Shown: positions 17,334 through 27,077, counted from the first letter of the stretch. The stretch: DNA of 64,000 bases from Candidatus Levybacteria bacterium GW2011_GWA1_37_16 (GCA_943357985.1 CALRGR010000004.1:1238-65237), one strand, 5' to 3'. The notes: a model not told the origin generated them from the sequence alone. Numbers and translations are program-made.

Positions 17334-17723
17334 ATGGCAGATGTAAATGTTCCTATTTTTGTTGAGAGCAGATATAAGGTTAACAGAAAAAGAATAAAAA
17401 ATACTGTATCTGTTTTGCTTGATAAGCATGAAGTTAAAGGCCAAGTTGAAGTATCCGTTGCAGTTGTTGGAGACAGAAAGATGCGGGAACTTTCTAAGAA
17501 ATATAAGGGAGAAGATAAGACAAGAAATATTCTCTCTTTTTCTATGGCAGAGGGAGAGTCAACCGTAATGCCTAAGGTTGATACGTTAATGCTTGGAGAC
17601 ATAGTGCTTTCATATCCTGAAGTTATTAAAGATGCGTCTCGGGATGAAGTTTTAGTTGATGACAAAGTAGATGAGCTGGTAATACATGGACTTGAACATT
17701 TACTCGGGCTTCACCATGAATAG
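17334..17723 (+). CDS. ybeY: rRNA maturation endoribonuclease YbeY
   Basis: HGLEHLLGLHHE zinc-binding motif. Confidence 0.85.
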   Translation: MADVNVPIFVESRYKVNRKRIKNTVSVLLDKHEVKGQVEVSVAVVGDRKMRELSKKYKGEDKTRNILSFSMAEGESTVMPKVDTLMLGDIVLSYPEVIKDASRDEVLVDDKVDELVIHGLEHLLGLHHE

Positions 17724-17728
17724 TAAAT

Positions 17729-19273
17729 ATGGTTTTTTACAGAAAATACAGACCCTTAACAATTGAAGAGTTAGACAGCGAGCAAGTTCGTGTTAAGCTC
17801 TCTTCAATACTTACTGCCAAAGAACTTTCCCACGCGTTTCTATTTACAGGTCCAAAAGGTTTAGGAAAAACTTCAACTGCAAGGATTGTTGCAAAAATTG
17901 TAAACTGCGAAAACAAAACCCGTTCTGCATCCATCGGCTCCGCTCAGGACAGGAGCTCAGGGCAAGCAGGGTTTGAACCATGCAATAAATGTGACCAGTG
18001 TATATCAACAATGGAAGGACGCAATTTTGATGTTTTGGAAATTGATGCTGCTTCAAATAGGGGAATTGATGAGATAAGGGATTTGCGGGAGAAAATAAGA
18101 CTTGCTCCAATGAAGGCTTCCAAAAAGGTTTACATAATTGATGAGGTTCACATGTTAACGGCCGAAGCTTTTGATGCGCTTTTGAAAACTTTGGAAGAAC
18201 CACCGGCTCACGCAATTTTTATACTTTGTACAACGGAGCCGCATAAGGTTCCGGCAACTATAGTGTCGCGCTGCGTACATATTACTTTCAATAAGGCAAC
18301 AGATGTAGAATTGGTAAGAGCTTTTGAGCGGATAGCAAAGGGCGAGAAGTTAAATATCCAACCCCATGTTTTGGAAGAGATTGCAAAAATGTCCGACGGA
18401 AGTTTTAGAGATGGTACAAAAATACTTGAGGAGTTGGCGATTGCTGCGGATAAAAAAAAGATAACCGAAGAACTTTTGGAAAGTATTTATAAAACCTCAA
18501 GTCTTGTAATTATTATTGAAAAACTTTTAAAAGCATTATCGGAAAAAGATATAAAATCGGCCCTTTCTCTAATTGGAAAATGCTCGGAGCAAGGAATTGA
18601 TATTAAGTATTTTACGGATCAATTTATTGAAGCTCTTCACAAAATACTTTTGTTTCAATTTAAGGTAACTTCGTCTGCTCCTGCAGGTGGGTTTTCGGCA
18701 GAAGAAATTAAAAAGCTAATAGAACTAGTGACAAAATATTATCCACAATTAAAATACTCGGTTATACCGCAGCTGCCACTTGAAATGGCAGTAATAGAAT
18801 ATTGTCAGGGGGACTCCAGCTCTGCTCGTTTGTCACATGCTGCAAGTGGCGCTCAGGATGACACTTGGGGTCCTGCCGCTCCTTCGTCCCGTCCGACGTC
18901 CTCACTTCCGCTTCGCCCGTTGCGGTCGCTCGACGGGACCCCCTCCAGTCGCGTCACCCCTTCGCAAGATGAGAAATCTGACGAAAATAATAATAGTAGG
19001 CAGACGTCTATAGAACAAAGAACCGGCGGGGCAACAAGTTTCTTGCAGGAATTAATTGAAGAAGTAAAACCACATAATCATTCCATTGCAGGAGTTTTGC
19101 GGGGGTGCAGTGCGGAAATTGACGGAAATAAAGTTAATATAACTACAAAATATAAATTTCATAAAGAAAAACTTGAAGAGGGAAAAACTTTAGAAGTCTT
19201 GGAAAAAGTAGCGAGTGCTTTAATTGGAAAAAAGGCTCAAGTTTCAGTTATACTAAAGGAGGTGAAGTTTTAA
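17729..19273 (+). CDS. dnaX: DNA polymerase III subunit gamma/tau
   Basis: YRKYRP, GPKGLGKTS Walker A, CNKCDQC zinc module, DEVHML. Confidence 0.9.
   Translation: MVFYRKYRPLTIEELDSEQVRVKLSSILTAKELSHAFLFTGPKGLGKTSTARIVAKIVNCENKTRSASIGSAQDRSSGQAGFEPCNKCDQCISTMEGRNFDVLEIDAASNRGIDEIRDLREKIRLAPMKASKKVYIIDEVHMLTAEAFDALLKTLEEPPAHAIFILCTTEPHKVPATIVSRCVHITFNKATDVELVRAFERIAKGEKLNIQPHVLEEIAKMSDGSFRDGTKILEELAIAADKKKITEELLESIYKTSSLVIIIEKLLKALSEKDIKSALSLIGKCSEQGIDIKYFTDQFIEALHKILLFQFKVTSSAPAGGFSAEEIKKLIELVTKYYPQLKYSVIPQLPLEMAVIEYCQGDSSSARLSHAASGAQDDTWGPAAPSSRPTSSLPLRPLRSLDGTPSSRVTPSQDEKSDENNNSRQTSIEQRTGGATSFLQELIEEVKPHNHSIAGVLRGCSAEIDGNKVNITTKYKFHKEKLEEGKTLEVLEKVASALIGKKAQVSVILKEVKF
18810..18965. repeat. 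GC-rich ~150-bp in-frame insertion in dnaX containing the 17-mer CGTCCCGTCCGACGTCC (also present in the rluA-family gene)
   Basis: Strong local GC spike in an AT-rich gene; internal inverted repeats GTCCCGTC/GACGGGAC; encodes a Ser/Pro/Arg-rich linker. Confidence 0.5.
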
Positions 19274-19274
19274 A

Positions 19275-19553
19275 ATGATGAATCCATTTTCCAAACTTGG
19301 TGAACTTAAAAAAATGAGAGACCAGGCAATGCAAATACAAAAAGTTTTACAGGCAGAAGTATTAGATATTGAACAAAGAGGGGTTAACATAAAAATAACA
19401 GGAGACCAGAAAATAAGAGAGATTATAACTAACGGCCGTTCTGATGATGATATAAAAGAAGCAATTAATGAGGCTATTAAAAAGTCTCAGGAAGTTGCAG
19501 CAAGAAAGCTTTCTCAAATGGGTGGAGGATTAGGAGGTTTACTTGGTTCCTAA
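19275..19553 (+). CDS. ybaB: nucleoid-associated protein YbaB/EbfC
   Basis: Conserved dnaX-ybaB-recR context; ~90 aa with the typical central motif. Confidence 0.8.
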   Translation: MMNPFSKLGELKKMRDQAMQIQKVLQAEVLDIEQRGVNIKITGDQKIREIITNGRSDDDIKEAINEAIKKSQEVAARKLSQMGGGLGGLLGS

Positions 19554-20433
19554 GATTTTTAGCGGAAGCGCAAATAGGCCACTAGCCGAAAAAGTTTGTC
19601 AGCTGCTTGAAGTAAAACTTTCTCCTTTGGAAATACATGTATTTCCTGATGGAGAAAAAAGAGTAAGAGTTGTTGATAGAGTTTTAGACCAGCAATGTGT
19701 GGTTATTCAATCAACGTCTATTCCTGCTGCAGACAATTACATGGAGCTCTTCTTTATAATAGATGCTCTTAAAAGAAGCGGTGCAAAGTCTGTTACCGCA
19801 GTTATTCCGTATCTTGGATATCAAAGGCAAGACCATATTTTTAAAGACGGAGAAGCGGTCTCCTTGGATGTAGTAGTTAAGGCACTTGAAGCCGCAGGGG
19901 CAACAAAGATTATAACTTTTGATCTTCACACAATTAAAATCCCTGAACTTTTCAATATTCCCGTAACTCACTTATCCGCTCTTCCTCTTTTTGCCTCAAA
20001 AATAGATAAAGCCGGTGCGGTTTTAATATCTCCCGACATGGGAGGAATCCGCCGAATTAAGATAATATCGGAACTTCTGGGTAACATGCCTTATGCAACA
20101 GTTGCTAAAGATAGAGATTTAGATAGCGGAGAAGTAGCTGCTACAAAGATAGAGGGAGAAGTTTCCAAAATTGCAATTATTGTTGATGATATGATTTCAA
20201 GCGGTAAAACAATTACTATGGGTGCAAAACTTCTTAAAGAGAATGGAGCAGAAGAAGTAATTGCCATGGCAACGCACGCTGTTTTTTCAGAAGGAGCTGC
20301 GAAAGTTTTGCAAGATAGTGTTATTTCAAAGGTAATTGTCACAGACAGCATTGAAATTGCCGAAGATAAGAAATTTGAAAAATTGGAGATTGTTTCTATT
20401 GCAGGAGAGATAGCAAAGGAAATAAAAGCATGA
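19543..20433 (+). CDS. prs: ribose-phosphate pyrophosphokinase
   Basis: PRPP synthetase motifs (VFSGSANRPLAEKV, DLH, IVDDMISSGKT). Confidence 0.9.
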   Translation: MVPKIFSGSANRPLAEKVCQLLEVKLSPLEIHVFPDGEKRVRVVDRVLDQQCVVIQSTSIPAADNYMELFFIIDALKRSGAKSVTAVIPYLGYQRQDHIFKDGEAVSLDVVVKALEAAGATKIITFDLHTIKIPELFNIPVTHLSALPLFASKIDKAGAVLISPDMGGIRRIKIISELLGNMPYATVAKDRDLDSGEVAATKIEGEVSKIAIIVDDMISSGKTITMGAKLLKENGAEEVIAMATHAVFSEGAAKVLQDSVISKVIVTDSIEIAEDKKFEKLEIVSIAGEIAKEIKA

Positions 20434-21044
20434 GAATTCCAAAAGCAATACAAAATTTAATTGAGAGCTTTGAAAGACTGCCAGGAGTAGGTCCTAAAAC
20501 GGCACAAAGATTAACTTTTTATTTACTTCATGTGCCTCAAGGGGAGTTGGATAAGTTTGCAGAGTCAATTTTAAATCTTAAAAAAAATACATTGCTTTGC
20601 TCGATATGTTTTACTGTTGATGAGACCGACCCCTGTTCCATATGTTCCGATACAAGAAGAAATAAAACTGTTGTTTGTGTAGTAGAGCAGCCTCTTGATG
20701 TTTTGGCTCTTGAGAAAAACGGGAAGTATGATGGTGTATACCATGTATTGCATGGAAAGATTGACCCGCTAAATAATATTGGTCCAGGGGAAATTTATAT
20801 TGATCAACTGCTGCAAAGAATAAAAGATTCTACAAACGGAAATTCAATCAAAGAAGTGATTTTGGCAACAAATCCTACAATGGAGGGTGAGGCTACGGCA
20901 ATGTATATTACAAAACAATTAAGAATTAATAATTCAAAATTAAGAATTACCAGGATAGGAAGAGGGCTTCCTGTGGGAGCGGATTTGGAATATGCAGACG
21001 AAGTAACTCTTCAGCGCGCAATGGAAGGACGTAGCGACTACTAA
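20430..21044 (+). CDS. recR: recombination protein RecR
   Basis: HhH plus LPGVGPKTAQR, C4 zinc finger, Toprim. Confidence 0.9.
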   Translation: MRIPKAIQNLIESFERLPGVGPKTAQRLTFYLLHVPQGELDKFAESILNLKKNTLLCSICFTVDETDPCSICSDTRRNKTVVCVVEQPLDVLALEKNGKYDGVYHVLHGKIDPLNNIGPGEIYIDQLLQRIKDSTNGNSIKEVILATNPTMEGEATAMYITKQLRINNSKLRITRIGRGLPVGADLEYADEVTLQRAMEGRSDY

Positions 21045-21544
21045 TGGATACAAATAATGTTTTTGGTGAAGTTTTAGAAAGCGCCGGAACCGCTGCCAAG
21101 CAAACAGGACAGGCTGCCGCAAATGCTGTTTCGGACACTGCTAAAGCAGCTGCTTCCCAAATTACCGGCTCACAAGGAGATAGCCCGGCTTCTCCCCAAG
21201 ATGTTTCAAATCAGGATGTGGTCAAAGGTCTTTATGAAGAATCTCAGCCTCAGAATACAAATCCTCAACAGCCTGCCATGGTTAGTAATGTTCCTTCCGA
21301 TAGTTCGGAAAAGACTCCGGAGGAACTGGCAAATCTTGAGTTAGTTAGAAAAGAACTTCATGCGGCTTATTACCAATCGGTCGTAAATCCTCCAACACAA
21401 GAAGAAGAATCAGTTTCTGAAAAAATAGAACGGGAAGATAGGCAGGAGGATATGGAACTTCAACAAAAAGAAATGGAAAAACCGCCGGAGCTTGTGCAAA
21501 GAGCAGCGCAAAGAGTTGAAAAAAACCCAGGAGCCAGCGGATGA
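21044..21544 (+). CDS. low-complexity Q/E/A-rich hypothetical protein
   Basis: ORF only. Confidence 0.4.
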   Translation: MDTNNVFGEVLESAGTAAKQTGQAAANAVSDTAKAAASQITGSQGDSPASPQDVSNQDVVKGLYEESQPQNTNPQQPAMVSNVPSDSSEKTPEELANLELVRKELHAAYYQSVVNPPTQEEESVSEKIEREDRQEDMELQQKEMEKPPELVQRAAQRVEKNPGASG

Positions 21545-22896
21545 AACTATATAATACTTTAACTCGGAAGGTTGAAGAGTTTGAGCCAATAAATCCGCCA
21601 AATGTTGGCATGTATACTTGCGGACCTACTGTTTATGATTTTATGCACATTGGAAACCTGCGGACGTTTATTCTATCTGACTTATTACTTCGTACTCTGA
21701 AATTCAATGGTTACAAAGTAAATGCAGTACAAAATATCACAGATATTGATGACAAGATTATAAAAAGAGCGCAGGAGCAAAATACTACGATAGAGACAGT
21801 AGCAAATGAGTTTACGGAAATATTTATCCAAGATGTGAGAGCTTTGAATATTGACCTGAAAAAAGGAAAACAGCCTAGAGCAACTGCATACGTTGAGCTA
21901 ATGGTTAAATACATAGCAATCCTTATAGACAAAGGATTTGCATACGAAAAAGAGGGCTCCGTATATTTTGACATTACAAAATTCCCTGATTACGGTAAGC
22001 TTTCCGGAGTTTCGACTAGAGAGCTCAAAACCGGAACGCGCAGTCTTGCCGACAATTACACTAAGGATGATGTCGCCGATTTTGTTTTATGGAAAGCCGT
22101 TGCCGATGATGGAACAAAGAGATTTGAAAGTCCTTGGGGTTGGGGAAGACCTGGGTGGCATATTGAGTGTTCGGTTATGAGTCAACTTACCTTGGGTGAT
22201 CAGTTTGATATTCATGTTGGAGGAGTAGATTTAATTTTCCCGCATCATGAAAATGAAATTGCGCAAAGTGAAGCAGCCACAGATAAAAAGCCCTTCGTTA
22301 AATATTGGGTACACGGAGCTCATCTTCTGGTTGATGGAGCTAAAATGAGTAAATCTTTGGATAACTTTTATACTTTAAAAGATATCGAGGAGCAGGGATT
22401 TGATGTGTTGGCTCTTAGATATCTTTATCTTCAAACTCACTACAGGCAGGAAGTGAACTTTACATGGGACAGCTTGGAAGCCGCGCAAACAGCACTTGAA
22501 AGACTACGCAATGAAGTCTCGGATTCAAAAAAAGATGGGATAGTCTCGGCGGAATTCGAAAGACACTTCAAGGATGCAATCAATAATGACTTAAATTTAT
22601 CTCAGGCATTGGCAGTTGTTTGGGAAATGTTAAAATCAAATATTTTAGAAGAGGACAAAGTAGCCACTCTATTTGAGATGGATAAAGTACTAGGACTAGA
22701 TCTTAAGAATAAACAAAAAAAGAAAGAAATTGAGATTCCCGAGGAAGTGCAAAGTTTAGTAAGGGAAAGGGAAGCGTTAAGAAAAGAAAAGAGATATCCC
22801 CAGGCAGATCAGTGGAGAAATAAAATAAGAAAGCTAGGTTTTGACATTGAAGACAAAGATGGGGAAACAATTGTCGTAAAGCTCAATCGGAATTGA
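21541..22896 (+). CDS. cysS: cysteinyl-tRNA synthetase
   Basis: HIGN (HIGH) and KMSKS motifs, CGPT zinc site. Confidence 0.95.
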   Translation: MKLYNTLTRKVEEFEPINPPNVGMYTCGPTVYDFMHIGNLRTFILSDLLLRTLKFNGYKVNAVQNITDIDDKIIKRAQEQNTTIETVANEFTEIFIQDVRALNIDLKKGKQPRATAYVELMVKYIAILIDKGFAYEKEGSVYFDITKFPDYGKLSGVSTRELKTGTRSLADNYTKDDVADFVLWKAVADDGTKRFESPWGWGRPGWHIECSVMSQLTLGDQFDIHVGGVDLIFPHHENEIAQSEAATDKKPFVKYWVHGAHLLVDGAKMSKSLDNFYTLKDIEEQGFDVLALRYLYLQTHYRQEVNFTWDSLEAAQTALERLRNEVSDSKKDGIVSAEFERHFKDAINNDLNLSQALAVVWEMLKSNILEEDKVATLFEMDKVLGLDLKNKQKKKEIEIPEEVQSLVREREALRKEKRYPQADQWRNKIRKLGFDIEDKDGETIVVKLNRN

Positions 22897-22982
22897 CCCA
22901 TTCGGCAAGCTCAGGGTCTTCGCCTCGCTAGGGGCTCGGCTTGACAAGAAGTAAAAGATTATTGTACGCTATTATTTATCTT

Positions 22983-23606
22983 ATGAAGTTAATTAAGTTT
23001 TTAATTCTTCCCATTTTACTTTTAGCTTTTTTCCAAGTTGCCTATTCTGTGAATGCTCAAACGCTTAATACAGCCTCTTCAGTAGCAGACAGACCCACTA
23101 AAGCCGCAGTGAAAGCAGACATTAGAGCATCAGCATCCGCGGCAAAACAGGCCAGAAAAGACGCACTTTCAGACCTTAAAGTTAAAGCATGCGAGGCAAG
23201 GCAAGCAGGAATTATAGAACGTTCAGACCTGATAGTTAAAAGGGCAACTAATCAGCAAGAAGTATTTGCAAAGATTGCTGCAAGAGTTGAGCAGTTTTAT
23301 CAAACAAAGCTACTCCTGCAAGGCAAGATAGTTGCAAATTATGACGGCCTAGTTTCCGATATAACTACAAAAAGTGCTGCAATCGCTCCGCTTCTTGTCC
23401 AGGCGCAGTCTGATGCGGTAAATTTTAGCTGTGATAATGACCGTCCTGCAGAACAGGTTCAGACTTTCAATAAGGATATGAGAGCAGTTATGTCCGCACT
23501 TGAAGCTTACAGAAAATCCGTAAGAACACTTATTGTGGCAGTTAAAGGAGTAACAGGAGCAGAACATAGCGCAACAAATTCGGCAAAGCCCGTAACAGTT
23601 CAATAA
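22983..23606 (+). CDS. secreted hypothetical protein (signal peptide MKLIKFLILPILLLAFF...)
   Basis: The ORF-track start 22941 is the TTG of a TTGACA -35 box; the real start is likely ATG 22983. Confidence 0.5.
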   Translation: MKLIKFLILPILLLAFFQVAYSVNAQTLNTASSVADRPTKAAVKADIRASASAAKQARKDALSDLKVKACEARQAGIIERSDLIVKRATNQQEVFAKIAARVEQFYQTKLLLQGKIVANYDGLVSDITTKSAAIAPLLVQAQSDAVNFSCDNDRPAEQVQTFNKDMRAVMSALEAYRKSVRTLIVAVKGVTGAEHSATNSAKPVTVQ

Positions 23607-23610
23607 AATT

Positions 23611-24036
23611 ATGGATAATCAAAATCAAACACAAAATCCAACCATGCCAGTTCAGGAAATGCCGCAAGCGGTTCCTCCGCCTCCGCCAGTAGCTGTTCCA
23701 GTTCCAGCACCTCAGTCTGTCCAAAGTCAGCAAGTTCCAGCTCCGCCATCTTCAAGTGGCAGTAAAATGTTGTGGATAGTTTTAGCGGTAGTTGTAATTC
23801 TCCTTCTTGTTGCTGGAGGTTACTATTATTTTTCAATGAGTAAAAATAATGAAAGTCTTTCAGACTATCCAACTCCTACTGTTATGCCGCAGAATGGAAC
23901 CGAGACTCCAACGCCTACAGCAATTCAAAGCGCTTCAGATTTAAATGATGCGCTAATCCAAGTAGATAGTACAACGCCTTCAGCCACAACAGAATTAGAT
24001 CGAAATACTCTAGACTCCACCAGCTTTACCCCATAA
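23611..24036 (+). CDS. Pro-rich membrane-anchored hypothetical protein
   Basis: P-rich N-terminus, one TM helix. Confidence 0.45.
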   Translation: MDNQNQTQNPTMPVQEMPQAVPPPPPVAVPVPAPQSVQSQQVPAPPSSSGSKMLWIVLAVVVILLLVAGGYYYFSMSKNNESLSDYPTPTVMPQNGTETPTPTAIQSASDLNDALIQVDSTTPSATTELDRNTLDSTSFTP

Positions 24037-24082
24037 AATTATTTTGTGATAAAATAACCTCATCAGAAGTTTAATTCTCGCT

Positions 24083-24568
24083 ATGGCACAAATCACTAAA
24101 CATTATAAACTCGGTCTTGTAATTGGAAGATTTCAGCCATTTCATTTGGGGCATAGATATTTAATACAAAAAGCCCTCGAAAGTGCAGACAAAATAATTA
24201 TTGGCATAGGCAGCGCAAACGTAACTGATGAAAATAACCCATATAGTTTTAAAAATAGGAAGAATATGATAGGGGAGTTTATAAAACAAGAGGGTTTAGA
24301 AGAAAGAGTTTCAAAAATAATTCCATCCGATGATATTCCAAGCGACGATATCTGGCTTGAGAAAGTCCTTGAAAATGCTCCGGATGTTGACGTAGTTATT
24401 GGCAACAATGACTGGACAAATGGCATTTTTGAAAAAGCAGGATTTAAAGTCATTTATGTGCCGTATTACAAAAGAGAACTTTATGAGGGGTGGAGGATTA
24501 GAAAACTTATGAAAGAAGGAAAAGATTGGCAAAATAGAGTCCCATCATATATAATCACATTTCTATGA
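24083..24568 (+). CDS. nicotinamide-nucleotide adenylyltransferase-like cytidylyltransferase-fold protein
   Basis: GRFQPFHLGH (HxGH) motif; contains the in-frame tandem duplication IPSDDIPSDDI. Confidence 0.7.
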   Translation: MAQITKHYKLGLVIGRFQPFHLGHRYLIQKALESADKIIIGIGSANVTDENNPYSFKNRKNMIGEFIKQEGLEERVSKIIPSDDIPSDDIWLEKVLENAPDVDVVIGNNDWTNGIFEKAGFKVIYVPYYKRELYEGWRIRKLMKEGKDWQNRVPSYIITFL

Positions 24569-24993
24569 GAGAAATGAGCCCAGAGGATATTCCTCTAATT
24601 GCCGGAGAAGTATCTGCCCCTAGCCTTGCGGATAGTTGTAATCATGAAATGTTTCTTAAATGCACGACTGGTTTGTATTTATACATAGAAAGAAGTATAA
24701 ATGCTAAGTTATTCTTAGCTAATTTTTATGTATCGAGAGCAAAACTTACGGGTATTTATTTGGATCTTTATGATAGAACCGAACAACGTACTTTTATAGA
24801 AAGAGCAGTTCAAATTAGAAATACTACGCCGATTAGTATGTCATCCTGGGCTCAAAGAGCAGTAGGAGATTCAAAAACCGAGGCTAACATATTAGGAACA
24901 GAAGTGAAACGGATGAAAGAGGAAGCTGACATTGCTCAATTTGCAGCAAATATTTTCATCATAAAAATAGAAGCGGATAGAAACAAAAGATAA
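24565..24993 (+). CDS. hypothetical protein (142 aa)
   Basis: ORF with ATGA overlap. Confidence 0.4.
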   Translation: MREMSPEDIPLIAGEVSAPSLADSCNHEMFLKCTTGLYLYIERSINAKLFLANFYVSRAKLTGIYLDLYDRTEQRTFIERAVQIRNTTPISMSSWAQRAVGDSKTEANILGTEVKRMKEEADIAQFAANIFIIKIEADRNKR

Positions 24994-25030
24994 ATTTTAC
25001 TTTGGATCGGCTGTATTATATAATCGTAGC

Positions 25031-25429
25031 ATGACTGAATTGAAACAACAAACATCTTCGGAATTAGATCCACGTAAAGGCGTTAAGGATTTTTACGCTC
25101 TTAGATTTTGGATAGATAACTTTCCATCTTCTGACCTTCAAGCAGATGAAGAAACTGCAGAGCAAATGGTTCAGGCCGTTCCTTTATGGAAGATGTTTAT
25201 GAAGCAAAAAAGAACTCCAAATTTTGGTTTCCATCCCGACGTTGTAGATTCAATGGACATACAGTATCTTACTAATTTTGCAAAGAGGTACTCGGAAGAA
25301 GTAAATGTGCCGGTCGCTCATGGAGCGGCCAATTTAGACAGGGAAAGGCAGTATTGGCAAGTAAGAGAACAACTTGGGAATATGGTTCAGCAAAAACTGG
25401 TAGAAAATCCTCCCGCTGCTTCTAAATAA
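25031..25429 (+). CDS. hypothetical protein (132 aa)
   Basis: ORF only. Confidence 0.4.
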   Translation: MTELKQQTSSELDPRKGVKDFYALRFWIDNFPSSDLQADEETAEQMVQAVPLWKMFMKQKRTPNFGFHPDVVDSMDIQYLTNFAKRYSEEVNVPVAHGAANLDRERQYWQVREQLGNMVQQKLVENPPAASK

Positions 25430-25443
25430 TTTTTTGCTATAAT

Positions 25444-25827
25444 TTGGATATGGATGATGCTCAAAAGAAAAAAAATTTAGATCCCGATTTGTATCACGTT
25501 GCCTTTGAGAAGGGGACAGAAGCGCCTTTTACAGGCAAATTCTATAAGCATTTTGAAGAAGGGATGTATGTATGCGCAGTTTGCGGAGAGGAACTTTTTG
25601 CGTCAGATACTAAATTCGATAGTGATTGCGGCTGGCCCTCTTTCGATAAAGAATTAAAGGGAAATGTTAAACTTGCGCAAGATAATTCTTTAGGAATGAA
25701 AAGAACAGAAGTACTGTGCAATAAATGCGGAGCGCATTTGGGACACATTTTTGACGACGGTCCAACAGAAACAGGAAAGAGATTTTGCATAAACTCTATA
25801 TCTCTTGATTTCAAGGAAAAGAAATAG
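25444..25827 (+). CDS. msrB: peptide methionine sulfoxide reductase MsrB
   Basis: CxxC x2 zinc site, GWPSF and HLGHIFDDGP motifs. Confidence 0.85.
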   Translation: MDMDDAQKKKNLDPDLYHVAFEKGTEAPFTGKFYKHFEEGMYVCAVCGEELFASDTKFDSDCGWPSFDKELKGNVKLAQDNSLGMKRTEVLCNKCGAHLGHIFDDGPTETGKRFCINSISLDFKEKK

Positions 25828-25843
25828 CCTGCCGGCAGGCAGG
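25827..25843. terminator. GC-rich palindrome GCCTGCCGGCAGGCAGG at the msrB stop (same 17-mer occurs in-frame in folA at 5185-5201)
   Basis: Perfect palindrome CCTGCCGGCAGG read directly; starts at the G of the TAG stop. Confidence 0.4.
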
Positions 25844-25867
25844 CGTTTGGTATAATCTTCCAAAGAT

Positions 25868-26737
25868 ATGTCCAATGTAAAAAAAGTGTTAATCATTTTG
25901 CTGTCATTAGTGTTAGTTGATCTTGTAATTATTAAATATGTGGAATCACCAAACTTAGTTAGACTGAAAAACTTCATTATTCCTTCATCTGGATTGGAAA
26001 AAGTAGTCAGGAAGGTTCTTTCCGGCACTAGAGGAACATATTCCGTTGTAATTAAAAATTTAAAAACAGGGGAGTCGTACTATCTAGAAGAGAAAAAACA
26101 GTTTGAAGCAGGAAGTTTGTATAAAATCTGGATTTTATCAGAAACTATGAATCAGTTACAGAAAGGGAGAATTAAAGAGAATGAAGTTTTAAGTGAAGAG
26201 ATAGTGGTTCTGAATAAGGCATTTGATATATCTTCTGAATCGGCGGAGTTAACAGAAGGAACTTTAGAAATTACTGTTAGCAATGCTATAAGGCAAATGG
26301 TTGCAATTTCCCATAATTATTCAGCATTGATTTTGTCCAAAAAGATTGGTGTATCTAATGCTAAGAAATTTATAAAAGATAATGGTTTTGAGCAAACATC
26401 TCTTGGAATTCCACCAAAAACTACTGCGTTTGATGTATCGTTATTCTTTGAAAAATTATATAAGGGAGAAATTGTCAATCAACAGAGATCTGACAAGATG
26501 ATGGAACTTTTTAAGAAACAAGAATTAGATAATAAACTGCCAAAATATTTGCCAGAAGGGACGGTTGTAGCACATAAAACGGGAGAAATTAATTATTTTA
26601 GCCATGACGCGGGAATAGTTTTTGGTGAAAAAACTGATTATATTATTGTTGTTTTATCTGAAAGCACAAATCCTGCCGGAGCAGAGGATAGAATAGGAAA
26701 AATTTCAAAAGCAGTCTTTGATTATTTCGAAAAATGA
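25868..26737 (+). CDS. class A beta-lactamase-family serine hydrolase (membrane-anchored/secreted)
   Basis: SLYK (SxxK), SHN (SxN) and KTG motifs in canonical order and spacing; N-terminal signal/anchor. Confidence 0.65.
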   Translation: MSNVKKVLIILLSLVLVDLVIIKYVESPNLVRLKNFIIPSSGLEKVVRKVLSGTRGTYSVVIKNLKTGESYYLEEKKQFEAGSLYKIWILSETMNQLQKGRIKENEVLSEEIVVLNKAFDISSESAELTEGTLEITVSNAIRQMVAISHNYSALILSKKIGVSNAKKFIKDNGFEQTSLGIPPKTTAFDVSLFFEKLYKGEIVNQQRSDKMMELFKKQELDNKLPKYLPEGTVVAHKTGEINYFSHDAGIVFGEKTDYIIVVLSESTNPAGAEDRIGKISKAVFDYFEK

Positions 26738-26805
26738 CTCCATATTCCCAAAAAACTAGCTACTTTCAGAGATACTCTCAAAAGTAGCTAATTAATTATT
26801 TAGAA

Positions 26806-26994
26806 TTACTTCTTCTTGACTGTAAGAATTACGTACGCTAAGTAAACTGCTGCGCCTCCAAAAACAACAACGTTAACGTACATGCTAAAAGATCCAAAAG
26901 CAGATTGGACCAAATTTACGCCTGAAAATGCTTCATAGGCTGTTGAAAGACCACCAACTATAAGAACCCATTTAGAAAATTTAACTAAATTCAT
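26806..26994 (-). CDS. small two-TM membrane protein (62 aa)
   Basis: ATG preceded by a strong SD AAGGGGGG; hydrophobic. Confidence 0.4.
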   Translation of the reverse strand: MNLVKFSKWVLIVGGLSTAYEAFSGVNLVQSAFGSFSMYVNVVVFGGAAVYLAYVILTVKKK

Positions 26995-27077
26995 TTTTAT
27001 CACCCCCTTTTAAATACTAATTAATCATATACATATTTGAAATTTTTTGCCAACAGCTATTTTTTGAGGAGTAATAA

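Noticed and set aside
18446-18456. A AAA AAG slippery heptamer in dnaX as a programmed -1 frameshift site (gamma subunit)
   Set aside because: A -1 shift here terminates after only ~245 residues, which lacks domain III required for clamp-loader assembly. There is no downstream stem-loop. The site occurs far 5' of where the E. coli site lies, so it is probably coincidental.
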